NCBI GenBank assembly: GCA_900315425.1 | Contig: OMZA01000009.1 | Span: 964-64,963, forward strand | Direction of reading: 5' to 3' | Length of the DNA stretch: 64,000 nt | Source of the DNA: an uncultured Eubacteriales bacterium | GTDB lineage: Bacteria > Bacillota > Clostridia > Lachnospirales > Lachnospiraceae | In this document: positions 28,451 to 38,102 of the stretch, piece by piece | Layout of the letters: the number at the start of each line of letters is the position of its first letter | Numbering within the stretch: position 1 is the first letter of the stretch | Notes under the pieces: model-generated | Seen by the model: the letters and a program-made list of their open reading frames with translations, nothing else | Database searches by the model: none | What the model was told of the DNA's origin: nothing | Translations under genes and position numbers: made by a program

Positions 28451-28906
28451 GTGACCAAACGATTAATCCTTCGGGAATTTGCCAAAACAGATATACCGGA
28501 TATAAAAATAATACTTAATGAAGCACCGGAAGCTGTGAATTTTATGGGTGTTGAAGATGCCTGTCATATGCCCCTGGAAGATTTGCTGATGGCATACATA
28601 GATAACCAATATAGATTTTATGGCTATGGAATGTGGGGTATCTTTGAAAAGGACAATCAGAAGTTGATTGGAATGGCAGGACTATGTAATACAGATAATG
28701 GTGTTGAATTAGGGTATGTAATTAAAAAATCTAAGCAAAGACAAGGGTTTGCCACAGAAGCATGTAGATATATATTAAACGAAATATGTGAGTATATGGG
28801 AATAGATAGTGTAATTTGCACTATTGAAAGTGGTAATTATGCGTCAATTAAACTTGCAGAAAAATTACAAAGACATAATGAATTAAAAATTATAAAAATA
28901 CCTTAA
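28451..28906 (+). CDS. RimJ/RimL-type GNAT acetyltransferase domain
   Basis: TKRLILRE, YGMWG, ELGYVI, QRQGFATEA, N.ASIKLAEKL; GTG start without a clear SD. Confidence 0.8.
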   Translation: MTKRLILREFAKTDIPDIKIILNEAPEAVNFMGVEDACHMPLEDLLMAYIDNQYRFYGYGMWGIFEKDNQKLIGMAGLCNTDNGVELGYVIKKSKQRQGFATEACRYILNEICEYMGIDSVICTIESGNYASIKLAEKLQRHNELKIIKIP

Positions 28907-29131
28907 GGTAAATGAAGAACAGCCCATACTGTGCGGAGTAGGGCTGTTCTCTGATAAAATAAGTATAATGTGAGGGAAATATCGTCCGTAGACGATAAAA
29001 AACGAGGGCGCTCCAATTATGAAACGTCCTCGTTTATTAATATGATTATACTATAATGGGTAAAAATGTCAATAAAAAAGTAAGATTTGAGATAAGATAG
29101 AATTCATTGTAAATTTTATAAAAAAAAGTAC

Positions 29132-29160
29132 TTGCATTTTTATTTAACATCTGCTAGAAT
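29132..29160 (+). promoter_or_regulatory. Sigma-A promoter of tRNA-Gln(CTG)
   Basis: TTGCAT-17-TAGAAT. Confidence 0.7.
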
Positions 29161-29182
29161 AAGCTTCGTTGCAAAACAACAT

Positions 29183-29255
29183 TGGCCCATCGCCAAATGG
29201 TAAGGCACTGGACTCTGACTCCAGCATTTTCCAGGTTCGAATCCTGGTGGGCCAG
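29183..29255 (+). tRNA. tRNA-Gln(CTG)
   Basis: TGGCCCA/TGGGCCA acceptor, CTGGA-CTCTGAC-TCCAG anticodon arm; terminator CTTCACTAC...GTAGTGAAG-T8 follows. Confidence 0.95.
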
Positions 29256-29325
29256 CTACTTCACTACGTTTGGTAGTGAAGTTTTTTTTTACTTAAATGC
29301 ATGTTGATATAAGGATAGGAGTACT

Positions 29326-30039
29326 ATGAAATTTTCTTATGATACACAAATTAGATTCAGTGATGTGGATTGTACAAATAAAGTCAGTTTGGGGAAAATA
29401 GTGGATTTTTTACAAAACTGCTCGGCGCTTCAATCAGAGGTACTTGATATTGGAGTGGATTATCAGATGAAAACCAGAAAGGCATGGATAATAAACTCGT
29501 GGCAGATTAATATTTTAGAACCACTGAGATATACTGAAAACATAAAAGTAAGTACATGGGCTACTTCATTTAAGAGAGGAATAGGCAAGAGAAACTACAC
29601 TATTTATAGCGAAGACGGCAGTAAGAATATGGTGGAAGCAGATAGTACATGGGTTTCCATAGATATGGATAAAAAAATAATGGTTGCACCGGATCCTAAA
29701 GAAGTTGAAGTGTATGGATATGAAGAAAAACTTCCAATGGAATCTTTTGGTAGAAAAATAAGGGATATGGAAGGACTTGAGTACAAGGAAGATTTCAAGG
29801 TTCATAACTTTCAGTTAGATATTAATGGACATATGAATAATGCGTGGTATGTTAAAATTGCAGAAGAATTTTTAAAAGAATCGGCTGATAAAGTAAAGGT
29901 GCTTAGAGTTGAATATAAGAATTCAGCGGTATACGGAGATATAATAAAGGCATACGCCACAGAGGACGAAGAGAGACAGTTAGTAGAATTAAAAAGCGAA
30001 AATGAAGAAATATTTGCTAAAATAGAATTTAGATTTTAA
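29326..30039 (+). CDS. Acyl-ACP thioesterase
   Basis: IRFSDVD, LDINGHMNNAWY, double hot-dog layout. Confidence 0.88.
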   Translation: MKFSYDTQIRFSDVDCTNKVSLGKIVDFLQNCSALQSEVLDIGVDYQMKTRKAWIINSWQINILEPLRYTENIKVSTWATSFKRGIGKRNYTIYSEDGSKNMVEADSTWVSIDMDKKIMVAPDPKEVEVYGYEEKLPMESFGRKIRDMEGLEYKEDFKVHNFQLDINGHMNNAWYVKIAEEFLKESADKVKVLRVEYKNSAVYGDIIKAYATEDEERQLVELKSENEEIFAKIEFRF

Positions 30040-30055
30040 AGATTGGAGATATTAC

Positions 30056-30886
30056 ATGGTAGTATTAGGTGAAAGACAAGGAATGACTTGTTATAAAAAA
30101 GTGGATTTTGGTGTGTATTTAGGCTCCAATGAGAATGAAAGGGTGCTTTTGCCAAAAAAAGAAGTCCCAGAAGATTTTGAAGAAGGGGATAGCATTGATG
30201 TATTTATTTATAAGGATTCAGAGGATAGGCTTATTGCTACAACCAGAACTCCTTATATAACTCTTAATAATCTTGCTGTCTTAAATGTAAAAAGTGTAGG
30301 TAAGATAGGTGCTTTTTTAGATTGGGGATTAGAAAAAGATCTTTTTATGCCATTTAAAGAAATGACAGAAAGAGCTGAAGAAGGAAAGAGCTATCTGGTG
30401 TACCTTTATGTAGATAAAAGCGATAGGCTAGCAGCTACAATGAAGGTATATAAATACTTGAAAACTACAGATAAATACGCAAAAGATGATGTGGTTACAG
30501 GTACAGTATTTGAGATAAACAATAACATAGGGGCTTTTGTAGCCGTAGATAATAAGTATTATGGATTGATTCCTAAAAAAGAGATGCATACAAAGCTTAA
30601 ACTAGGAAGTCAGGTACAGGCTAGAGTAACCTCTGTTAGAGATGATGGAAAGCTTAATTTAAGCATAAACAAAAAGATTCCTGAACAAATGGAAGAAGAT
30701 GCAATAAAAATACTTGAGGTTATAAAAGAGTATGATGGAGAACTTCCGTACAACGATAAGGCATCTCCGGAAATAATTGCCAGAGATTTTGGAATCAGCA
30801 AAGCTGCATTTAAGCGTGGAGTTGGGCGTTTGCTTAAGGCTGGTAAGATTGACATTGATGAAAAAAGTATTAAAATAAAAGAATAA
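30056..30886 (+). CDS. cvfB: CvfB/YitL S1-domain RNA-binding protein
   Basis: FGVYL, FIYKDSEDR, GAFLDWGLEKDL, FGISKAAFKR.VG.LLK. Confidence 0.85.
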   Translation: MVVLGERQGMTCYKKVDFGVYLGSNENERVLLPKKEVPEDFEEGDSIDVFIYKDSEDRLIATTRTPYITLNNLAVLNVKSVGKIGAFLDWGLEKDLFMPFKEMTERAEEGKSYLVYLYVDKSDRLAATMKVYKYLKTTDKYAKDDVVTGTVFEINNNIGAFVAVDNKYYGLIPKKEMHTKLKLGSQVQARVTSVRDDGKLNLSINKKIPEQMEEDAIKILEVIKEYDGELPYNDKASPEIIARDFGISKAAFKRGVGRLLKAGKIDIDEKSIKIKE

Positions 30887-30967
30887 TTAGCTGCAGATAT
30901 TTCAACGAAAGGAGTAGATTCTCAACATTAAGGCAGCGAACGTGATTTAAGAGAATCAAACTATAAA

Positions 30968-31342
30968 ATGAAGAAAATTATAAGTACAGACAAGGCCCCA
31001 GCAGCAATTGGACCATATTCACAGGCAATTGAAGTTAATGGAATGGTATATACATCAGGTGTTATTCCTGTAGTACCATCAACAGGTGAGATTCCAGAAG
31101 GCGTTGAAGCACAGGCAAATCAGGCTATTGGAAATCTTTGTGCATTGTTAAAAGAAGCAGGAACATCTCCTGAAAATGTAATCAAAACAACAGTATTCAT
31201 AAAGAATATGGATGATTTTGGAAAAATTAACGAGATATATTCAAAATATTTTGTTTCAGAATGTCCAACACGTTCATGCGTTGAGGTAGCAAGGCTTCCA
31301 AAAGATGTGCTTATAGAGATAGAAGCTATAGCTATAAAATAG
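30968..31342 (+). CDS. ridA: RidA (YjgF/YER057c) enamine deaminase
   Basis: APAAIGPYSQA, KTTVFI, PTRSCVEV..LPK. Confidence 0.9.
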   Translation: MKKIISTDKAPAAIGPYSQAIEVNGMVYTSGVIPVVPSTGEIPEGVEAQANQAIGNLCALLKEAGTSPENVIKTTVFIKNMDDFGKINEIYSKYFVSECPTRSCVEVARLPKDVLIEIEAIAIK

Positions 31343-31495
31343 CAAAAAAATGCTAAAAACCCTTGTAAATTATGCAAATGTAACAAAAATTATTTTATTT
31401 TTCAGTAATTAAGCCAATGGGAAAATGACATGAAATGTTATAAAATAATAAAGGTATTAAATACTACGTGAGTAAAAATTTAGGAGGAAGCTTAA

Positions 31496-32608
31496 ATGGC
31501 TAGTTTATCTTTAAAGAACATAACAAAACAGTACCCTAATGGATTCGTTGCTGTTAAAGATTTCAGCATGGAAATCCAAGATAAGGAGTTTATAATTTTC
31601 GTTGGACCTTCTGGATGTGGAAAGTCTACAACACTCAGAATGATTGCCGGACTTGAAGAGATTTCAGGCGGTGAGCTTTACATTGGAGACAGACTTGTAA
31701 ATGATGTTGAACCAAAGGATAGAGATATTGCGATGGTTTTCCAGAACTACGCTTTGTATCCACATATGACAGTTTATGATAATATGGCATTCGGTCTTAA
31801 GTTAAGAAAGACACCAAAGGATCAGATTAACAAGCTCGTTCACGAAGCTGCTAGAATCCTTGATATCGAGCATCTTCTTGATCGTAAACCAGCTGCTTTA
31901 TCAGGTGGTCAGAGACAGAGAGTTGCCATGGGACGTGCTATCGTACGTAACCCTAAGGTATTCCTTATGGATGAGCCTTTATCAAACCTTGATGCTAAGT
32001 TAAGAGTACAGATGAGAACTGAGATTTCTAAGTTACATCAGAGACTTGAGACAACAATTATATACGTTACACATGACCAGACAGAGGCTATGACACTTGG
32101 TACAAGAATCGTAGTTCTTAAGGATGGTGAAGTACAGCAGATTGATACACCTGAAGAGCTTTACAACAATCCATGTAACTTATTCGTTGCTGGATTCATG
32201 GGTTCTCCACAGATGAACTTCATTGATGCACAGGTACTTCAGCAGGGCAATGATGTATTATTATCATTTGCAGCACATACAATTAAAGTTCCAGCTGGAA
32301 AAGCAGAGACACTTATTTCTGGTAACTATATTGATAAGACAGTTATTGTTGGTGTTAGACCAGAAGATTTCCATGATGAAGAAGTATTCATTAATGCTAA
32401 TCCAGATAACGTTATTGAAGCAACAATTAGATTATACGAGATGCTTGGTGCAGAAGTATTCTTATATTTCGATGTAGATCAGTGGAGCTGTACAGCAAGA
32501 GTTAACCCTCGTACATCAGCTAGACCTGGTGATACAATTAAGATTGCTATTGATCCTTCTAAGATGCATATCTTTGATAAGGATACACACCTTGTAATCA
32601 CAAACTAG
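31496..32608 (+). CDS. msmX: Shared sugar ABC transporter ATPase (MsmX/UgpC-like)
   Basis: GPSGCGKST, LSGGQRQR, MDEPLSNLDAKLR, C-terminal TOBE; no permease adjacent. Confidence 0.85.
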   Translation: MASLSLKNITKQYPNGFVAVKDFSMEIQDKEFIIFVGPSGCGKSTTLRMIAGLEEISGGELYIGDRLVNDVEPKDRDIAMVFQNYALYPHMTVYDNMAFGLKLRKTPKDQINKLVHEAARILDIEHLLDRKPAALSGGQRQRVAMGRAIVRNPKVFLMDEPLSNLDAKLRVQMRTEISKLHQRLETTIIYVTHDQTEAMTLGTRIVVLKDGEVQQIDTPEELYNNPCNLFVAGFMGSPQMNFIDAQVLQQGNDVLLSFAAHTIKVPAGKAETLISGNYIDKTVIVGVRPEDFHDEEVFINANPDNVIEATIRLYEMLGAEVFLYFDVDQWSCTARVNPRTSARPGDTIKIAIDPSKMHIFDKDTHLVITN

Positions 32609-32637
32609 TATAAAATCTGAATATACTATGAATTTAT

Positions 32638-32679
32638 GGGGAAATACATTAAAAATGATGTATTTCCCCTTTTATTTTT
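32638..32679 (+). terminator. Intrinsic terminator
   Basis: GGGGAAATACAT...ATGTATTTCCCC plus T-tract. Confidence 0.8.
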
Positions 32680-32713
32680 TGGTAAAATAGTATAAGATTA
32701 AACTATCTGAAGA

Positions 32714-33817
32714 ATGGGAGTGGAGGCAATGATTTCAAACCAAATTTTATCAAATATCATAGACGGTATTAAAAACATTTCAAGAATTGACATGTGTGTT
32801 ACAGACACAGAAGGAAAGATGCTTGTTACGACTTTTAATGACACAGACAGCGTGGAAAAATCAGCAGTGTCATTTGCAAAATCACCTGCAGACAGTCAAA
32901 CAGTTTCTGAATTTCAATTCTTTAAAGTAATGGAGGACAATCAATTAGAGTATATATTAGTTGCTAAGGGAAATAGTGATGATGTGTACATGGTAGGTAA
33001 AATGGCTGTTTTCCAGTTACAGAGCCTTCTTGTAGCATATAAAGAGAGATATGATAAAGATAATTTTATTAAGAATCTCCTTTTAGATAATATGCTTTTG
33101 GTAGATATATATTCAAGAGCAAAAAAACTACATATAGACATTGATGTACGTAGAGTTGTTTTTATTATTGAGACTGAAAACGAAAAGGATGTTAATGCTC
33201 TTGAGACTATAAGAGGTCTCTTTGCTAGTAAATCTAAGGATTTCATTACAGCGGTTGATGAGAATAATATAATTCTTGTTAAGGAAGTAGAAGAAGACCA
33301 GACTTATGATGATATGGATAAGATTGCCAATATCATTTTGGATATGTCTAATACAGAGGCCATGGCAAAGGTTAATATTGCATATGGTACTATGATTAAC
33401 GATATCAAAGAAGTGTCTAGATCATACAAAGAAGCAAAACTTGCATTGGATGTAGGAAAAATCTTTTACAGTGATAAAAAGGTTATTGCTTATAGCAAGC
33501 TTGGTATAGGAAGACTTATATATCAGTTGCCATTACCACTTTGTAAGATGTTTATTAAAGAGATTTTCGATGGAAAATCGCCTGATGAGTTTGATGAAGA
33601 AACTCTTACTACAATTAATAAATTCTTTGAAAATAATCTTAATGTTTCAGAGACATCTAGACAGTTGTATATTCATAGAAATACATTGGTGTACAGACTT
33701 GATAAGTTGCAGAAATCAACAAATCTTGATTTGAGAGTATTTGATGATGCAATTACATTTAAGATTGCACTTATGGTAGTAAAATATATGAAATATATAG
33801 AAAAAACTGATTTTTAA
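32714..33817 (+). CDS. CdaR/PucR-family transcriptional regulator
   Basis: C-terminal FFENNLNVSETSRQLYIHRNTLVYRLDK HTH. Confidence 0.88.
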   Translation: MGVEAMISNQILSNIIDGIKNISRIDMCVTDTEGKMLVTTFNDTDSVEKSAVSFAKSPADSQTVSEFQFFKVMEDNQLEYILVAKGNSDDVYMVGKMAVFQLQSLLVAYKERYDKDNFIKNLLLDNMLLVDIYSRAKKLHIDIDVRRVVFIIETENEKDVNALETIRGLFASKSKDFITAVDENNIILVKEVEEDQTYDDMDKIANIILDMSNTEAMAKVNIAYGTMINDIKEVSRSYKEAKLALDVGKIFYSDKKVIAYSKLGIGRLIYQLPLPLCKMFIKEIFDGKSPDEFDEETLTTINKFFENNLNVSETSRQLYIHRNTLVYRLDKLQKSTNLDLRVFDDAITFKIALMVVKYMKYIEKTDF

Positions 33818-33863
33818 GAATGTATTCCATAGTAGTCCATAAATAATTAACTGGAGGAATATA

Positions 33864-34547
33864 ATGATAGAACTTGAAGGAGTGAGCAAGTCATATTCGA
33901 CCGGCTCACCGGCATTAAAAAATGTTAGCTTAAAAATTAATAAAGGTGAATTTGTCTTTGTAGTGGGTAACAGTGGCTCTGGCAAATCCACCCTTATTAA
34001 ATTGTTATTGAAAGAACTTGAACCAACCAGTGGCAAAATTGTCGTAAACGGTAAAGAGATTGGTAAGCTTAAGAGAAAAAAGATACCGGAGTACAGAAGG
34101 AATATTGGCGTTGTTTTCCAGGATTTCCGTCTTTTGAAGGATAGAAACATATACGATAACATTGCTTTTGCTCAGAGAGTAATTGAAACGCCAACTAAAG
34201 TTATAAAAAGAAGAGTGCCTGCTATGTTATCATTAGTGGGTCTTTCAGAAAAATATCGTTCCTTTCCAAAAGAGTTATCAGGTGGTGAGCAGCAAAGGGT
34301 TGCCATGGCAAGGGCAATTGTAAATAATCCTGCAATCATGCTGGCAGATGAGCCAACGGGTAACTTGGATCCGAAGAATTCATGGGAAATCATGAAGTTG
34401 CTTGAGGAGATCAATAAAAGAGGAACAACAGTGGTAGTAGTTACCCATAATAGAGAAATCGTAGATGCTATGAATAAGAGAGTTATTACAATGCATAAAG
34501 GCGAAATAGTTAGCGATGAGGAGAAGGGCGAATATCATGAAGATTAG
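33864..34547 (+). CDS. ftsE: Cell-division ABC ATPase
   Basis: GNSGSGKST, VFQDFRLL, LSGGEQQR, DEPTGNLDP; ftsEX context. Confidence 0.93.
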   Translation: MIELEGVSKSYSTGSPALKNVSLKINKGEFVFVVGNSGSGKSTLIKLLLKELEPTSGKIVVNGKEIGKLKRKKIPEYRRNIGVVFQDFRLLKDRNIYDNIAFAQRVIETPTKVIKRRVPAMLSLVGLSEKYRSFPKELSGGEQQRVAMARAIVNNPAIMLADEPTGNLDPKNSWEIMKLLEEINKRGTTVVVVTHNREIVDAMNKRVITMHKGEIVSDEEKGEYHED

Positions 34548-35445
34548 AACATTCATTTATAGCCTTGGACAGGGTTTTAAAAATATAAGACGTAATAAAC
34601 TTTTCTCCCTTGCTTCAATAGGAACAATCACAGCATGTATTTTTCTTATGGGACTTTTTTATGCTGTTTTGGCTAATTTTCAACACATGGTTGATGAGGC
34701 TGGAGAAACTGTTTGTGTAACGGTTTTCTTTAAAGAAGGAATCGGACAGCAAGAGATGGAAAAAATTGGTAATCAAATTAAATCCAGACCGGAAGTTGAT
34801 AGAATTGTGTTTGTATCAGCCGATGAAGCCTGGGATTCCTTTAGTAAACAGTATTTTAAAGATGAGCCGGAGTTAGCAGAAGGTTTTAAGGATGATAATC
34901 CATTAGTTAATTCCGCTAACTATGAGGTTTATGTAAAAGATCTTTCTAAACAAAATAAATTAGTTAAATATATAGAAAATATTAACGGTGTTCGTAAAGT
35001 TAGAAATTCTGAAAAGACCGCCAGATCATTTACGGATTTTGCTAAAATGGTGGGATATGTATCTGTTGTAATTATTGTAATTCTGTTGGCAGTAGGTATC
35101 TTCCTTATAAGCAATACTGTCATGATAGGTATAACAGTAAGAAGAGAAGAAATAAGAATTATGAAACTCATTGGTGCTACGGATTTCTTCGTAAGATCAC
35201 CATTTATCGTAGAGGGTGTGGTCATTGGTATTATTGGAGCAGCCATACCGGTAACTGTTTTATATTTTATGTATGAAAAAGTAATAAGTTATTTAATGGG
35301 ACAGTTCTCTACATTTACAAGTAAAATTCAATTCCTTCCAACTAACAGTGTGTTTACAGTGATTATTCCGGGAGCGTTATTAATTGGTGCAGGGATTGGT
35401 TATTTAGGAAGTAGAATAACTATTAAAAAGCATTTGAAGGTATAA
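34537..35445 (+). CDS. ftsX: Cell-division permease-like protein
   Basis: Four TM layout, IMKLIGAT.FFVRSPF.VEG; start placed at ATG 34537. Confidence 0.92.
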   Translation: MKIRTFIYSLGQGFKNIRRNKLFSLASIGTITACIFLMGLFYAVLANFQHMVDEAGETVCVTVFFKEGIGQQEMEKIGNQIKSRPEVDRIVFVSADEAWDSFSKQYFKDEPELAEGFKDDNPLVNSANYEVYVKDLSKQNKLVKYIENINGVRKVRNSEKTARSFTDFAKMVGYVSVVIIVILLAVGIFLISNTVMIGITVRREEIRIMKLIGATDFFVRSPFIVEGVVIGIIGAAIPVTVLYFMYEKVISYLMGQFSTFTSKIQFLPTNSVFTVIIPGALLIGAGIGYLGSRITIKKHLKV

Positions 35446-35451
35446 GAAAGG

Positions 35452-36735
35452 GTGTCAAGCTTGAGAAATAAAGCTATTAGATGTTTAAGTATATTGTTAT
35501 TAGGGGCAATGATTATGCCTATGACAGTATATACAAAGGCTGATATTGAAGAAGAGAGAGAAAAGCAGGAACAAATAGAGCAAAGTATCACAGATGTTCA
35601 GGCAACTCTTGATGAACTTGAAAGCGTTAAAAATGATACCACAGCGTATATAACGGAGATGGATGCAAAATTAACGGAGATTGCAACTAATATTCAATCC
35701 CTTAATGAGCAGTCACAAGCAAAACAATTAGAAATTGATGCAACTAATTCCCAGCTGGAATTACAGCAGGAAGAACTTGATAGACAATACGATTTGATGA
35801 AAAAAAGAATCCAGTTCATGTATGAGAATGGTGACAGTCAAATGCTGGATTTGTTATTTGGCTCAGAGAGTATTAGCGATTTTTTGAATAAAGCAGAATA
35901 TATAAAGACCTTAACTGATTATGACAGAAAAGCTATTCAGGAGTTGAAGGACGCTAAGCAGGCAGTGGAGGATTCAAAAACTCAGCTAGAGACTGAGCAG
36001 GCTGAACTTCAGACTCTTACAGACACAGCATTAGCTGAACAGTCATCTATGGAAACTTTAGTTGCTGCGAAAGAAGAAGAGTTAAGAAAGACTGAAGCGG
36101 AGATATCTAGTGCAGAACAGGATATTATTACAAAACAGAAGGCATTAGAAGAGCAGGCAGCTCTTGTATCACAGATGGAAGCTGTTGAAGAGAGAAGACG
36201 ACAGCAAGAAGCAGCTGCAAAGGCGGCAGCAGAGGATGCGGCAAGAAGAGCAGCAGAAGCAGGAAACAATACGGATTCTTCAAATAGTTCCACTGATTCT
36301 AATAATAATTCATCAAGTGATATAGAATATAATACATCTGAAGCTACATCATTTATATGGCCACTTAATGGATATTACACCATATCATCAGAATATAGCG
36401 ATAGAATCAGTCCTATTTCTGGTAAAAGCGAAATGCACAATGGTATCGATATACCTGCGCCTATAGGAACTCCAATATATGCGGTAGCAGATGGTACTGT
36501 AGATTGGGCATGGACAAGCAGTTCAGCAGGTAACTGGATGGGAATCGCCCATGGCAATGGATTATATTCTGTGTATATGCATATGTCAGCATTTGCAGTT
36601 TCTTCGGGAACATATGTAAAGCAAGGGCAGATTATAGGATATGTAGGATCAACAGGTTGGTCCACAGGTGCACATTTACATTTAAGTTTTAGATTAAATG
36701 GTTCATATGTAAATCCACATATTTATGTTGGATAA
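35452..36735 (+). CDS. Coiled-coil M23 peptidase (EnvC/CwlO-like murein hydrolase or activator)
   Basis: Signal peptide, long coiled coil, HNGID, YMHMS, GSTGWSTGAHLH (intact M23 zinc motifs). Confidence 0.88.
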   Translation: MSSLRNKAIRCLSILLLGAMIMPMTVYTKADIEEEREKQEQIEQSITDVQATLDELESVKNDTTAYITEMDAKLTEIATNIQSLNEQSQAKQLEIDATNSQLELQQEELDRQYDLMKKRIQFMYENGDSQMLDLLFGSESISDFLNKAEYIKTLTDYDRKAIQELKDAKQAVEDSKTQLETEQAELQTLTDTALAEQSSMETLVAAKEEELRKTEAEISSAEQDIITKQKALEEQAALVSQMEAVEERRRQQEAAAKAAAEDAARRAAEAGNNTDSSNSSTDSNNNSSSDIEYNTSEATSFIWPLNGYYTISSEYSDRISPISGKSEMHNGIDIPAPIGTPIYAVADGTVDWAWTSSSAGNWMGIAHGNGLYSVYMHMSAFAVSSGTYVKQGQIIGYVGSTGWSTGAHLHLSFRLNGSYVNPHIYVG

Positions 36736-36759
36736 TATTAATAAAAAGTAGGCAAAGAT

Positions 36760-38058
36760 ATGTTTGGCAAGAAAAAAAGTGATGACCTTGGTCAGAATAT
36801 AGATGAAGAAACAATGGAATATCATGATGAGTCCGAGAATATAGCGCAATTGTTAAAGGACAGACAAAAGGATGGTTTTATTAGTGGCCTTTTGTGTGGG
36901 ATTACAATTATATTTGTATTGATAATTGCACTTACCTTGTTATCAAGAGCGTCGGGTACATCTAACATAAAAGAAAAAGTAGCCAAGATAACTGGCACCG
37001 ATAAGGAAAGTCAGTTAAAGGAAATGGTGAAGAAGTATTATTACAAAGATGTAGATGACGAGACTTTGGAAGAAGGTTCTTATAAGGGATTATTGGAAAG
37101 TCTTAATGATCCATACTCTGTGTATTACACAAAAGATGAATACAAAATACTTATGCAGCAAATGGATGGTGACTACGTCGGAATAGGAGTTATGGTAGCT
37201 CAGGATAAAAACACAAAGGAATTTGTGGTGACTGGGGTGATTAAGAATTCGCCGGCAGAAGATGCAGGAATGCTGGAAAAAGACGTAATCATTAAAGTAG
37301 ACGGACAAGATGTTACCAATTGTGATTTAGATAAGCTTGTAAGCTTAGTTAGAGGAAAAAAAGGTACTGGAGTAAGTATTACAGTTACCAGAGAAAATGA
37401 GGAAATAGAATTTCAATTAGATAGAGCAGAGGTAAGCGAGCAGATAGTTTACTACGAAATGCTTGATGATAATATAGGTTATATCGAATTGACTCAGTTT
37501 AGTGAGAATTCAGCAGAACAGGTTAAAGATGCTCTTGAAGAACTTAAAAGTCAGAATATGGAAAAGTTAATATTCGATGTAAGGGACAATCCAGGTGGAG
37601 ATCTTCAGCAGATTCTTAAAATAGCAGGATATTTTATTCCTAAGGATGAGATTATTCTTTCCTACAAAATGAAAGATGGTAGTGGAGAGGATTATAAAAA
37701 TGATACTGAGGGTGAATACCAGGATATTCCTATGGTGGTTCTTGTAAATGAAGATTCTGCAAGTGCTGCTGAGGCTTTTTCAGGATGTATGAAGGCATAT
37801 GAAAGAGCAACTATTGTAGGCACAAATACTTATGGAAAAGGAATTATGCAGACTCTTTATCAGTTAGATGATGGTAGTGCAGTTAAAATTACAATTGCAA
37901 AATACTATTTACCTGATGGAAGTAATATTCAAGACGTAGGTATTGCGCCAGATGTGGAAGTTGAGGAAGATGAAAATATTAATATATGGGATCTTGAAAA
38001 AAGAGATAGCGAACCTCAATTTCAAAAAGCATTAGAAGTAATAAAGGGAATCTCATAA
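36760..38058 (+). CDS. ctpA: S41 C-terminal processing protease
   Basis: DPYSVY, PDZ GIGV, DVRDNPGG, SASAAE, TYGKG, KYYLP.G. Confidence 0.88.
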   Translation: MFGKKKSDDLGQNIDEETMEYHDESENIAQLLKDRQKDGFISGLLCGITIIFVLIIALTLLSRASGTSNIKEKVAKITGTDKESQLKEMVKKYYYKDVDDETLEEGSYKGLLESLNDPYSVYYTKDEYKILMQQMDGDYVGIGVMVAQDKNTKEFVVTGVIKNSPAEDAGMLEKDVIIKVDGQDVTNCDLDKLVSLVRGKKGTGVSITVTRENEEIEFQLDRAEVSEQIVYYEMLDDNIGYIELTQFSENSAEQVKDALEELKSQNMEKLIFDVRDNPGGDLQQILKIAGYFIPKDEIILSYKMKDGSGEDYKNDTEGEYQDIPMVVLVNEDSASAAEAFSGCMKAYERATIVGTNTYGKGIMQTLYQLDDGSAVKITIAKYYLPDGSNIQDVGIAPDVEVEEDENINIWDLEKRDSEPQFQKALEVIKGIS

Positions 38059-38102
38059 GAGATATCCCTTTTATTTTTTCAAACATAATGTAGGGTGATT
38101 AT

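Noticed and set aside
28439-28475. Selenocysteine insertion at the HAD-GNAT TGA
   Set aside because: Only a 3-bp stem follows, no convincing bacterial SECIS, and the position looks like Trp rather than Cys
36265-36320. Ser/Asn-rich low-complexity stretch in the M23 protein
   Set aside because: Ordinary flexible linker between coiled coil and catalytic domain
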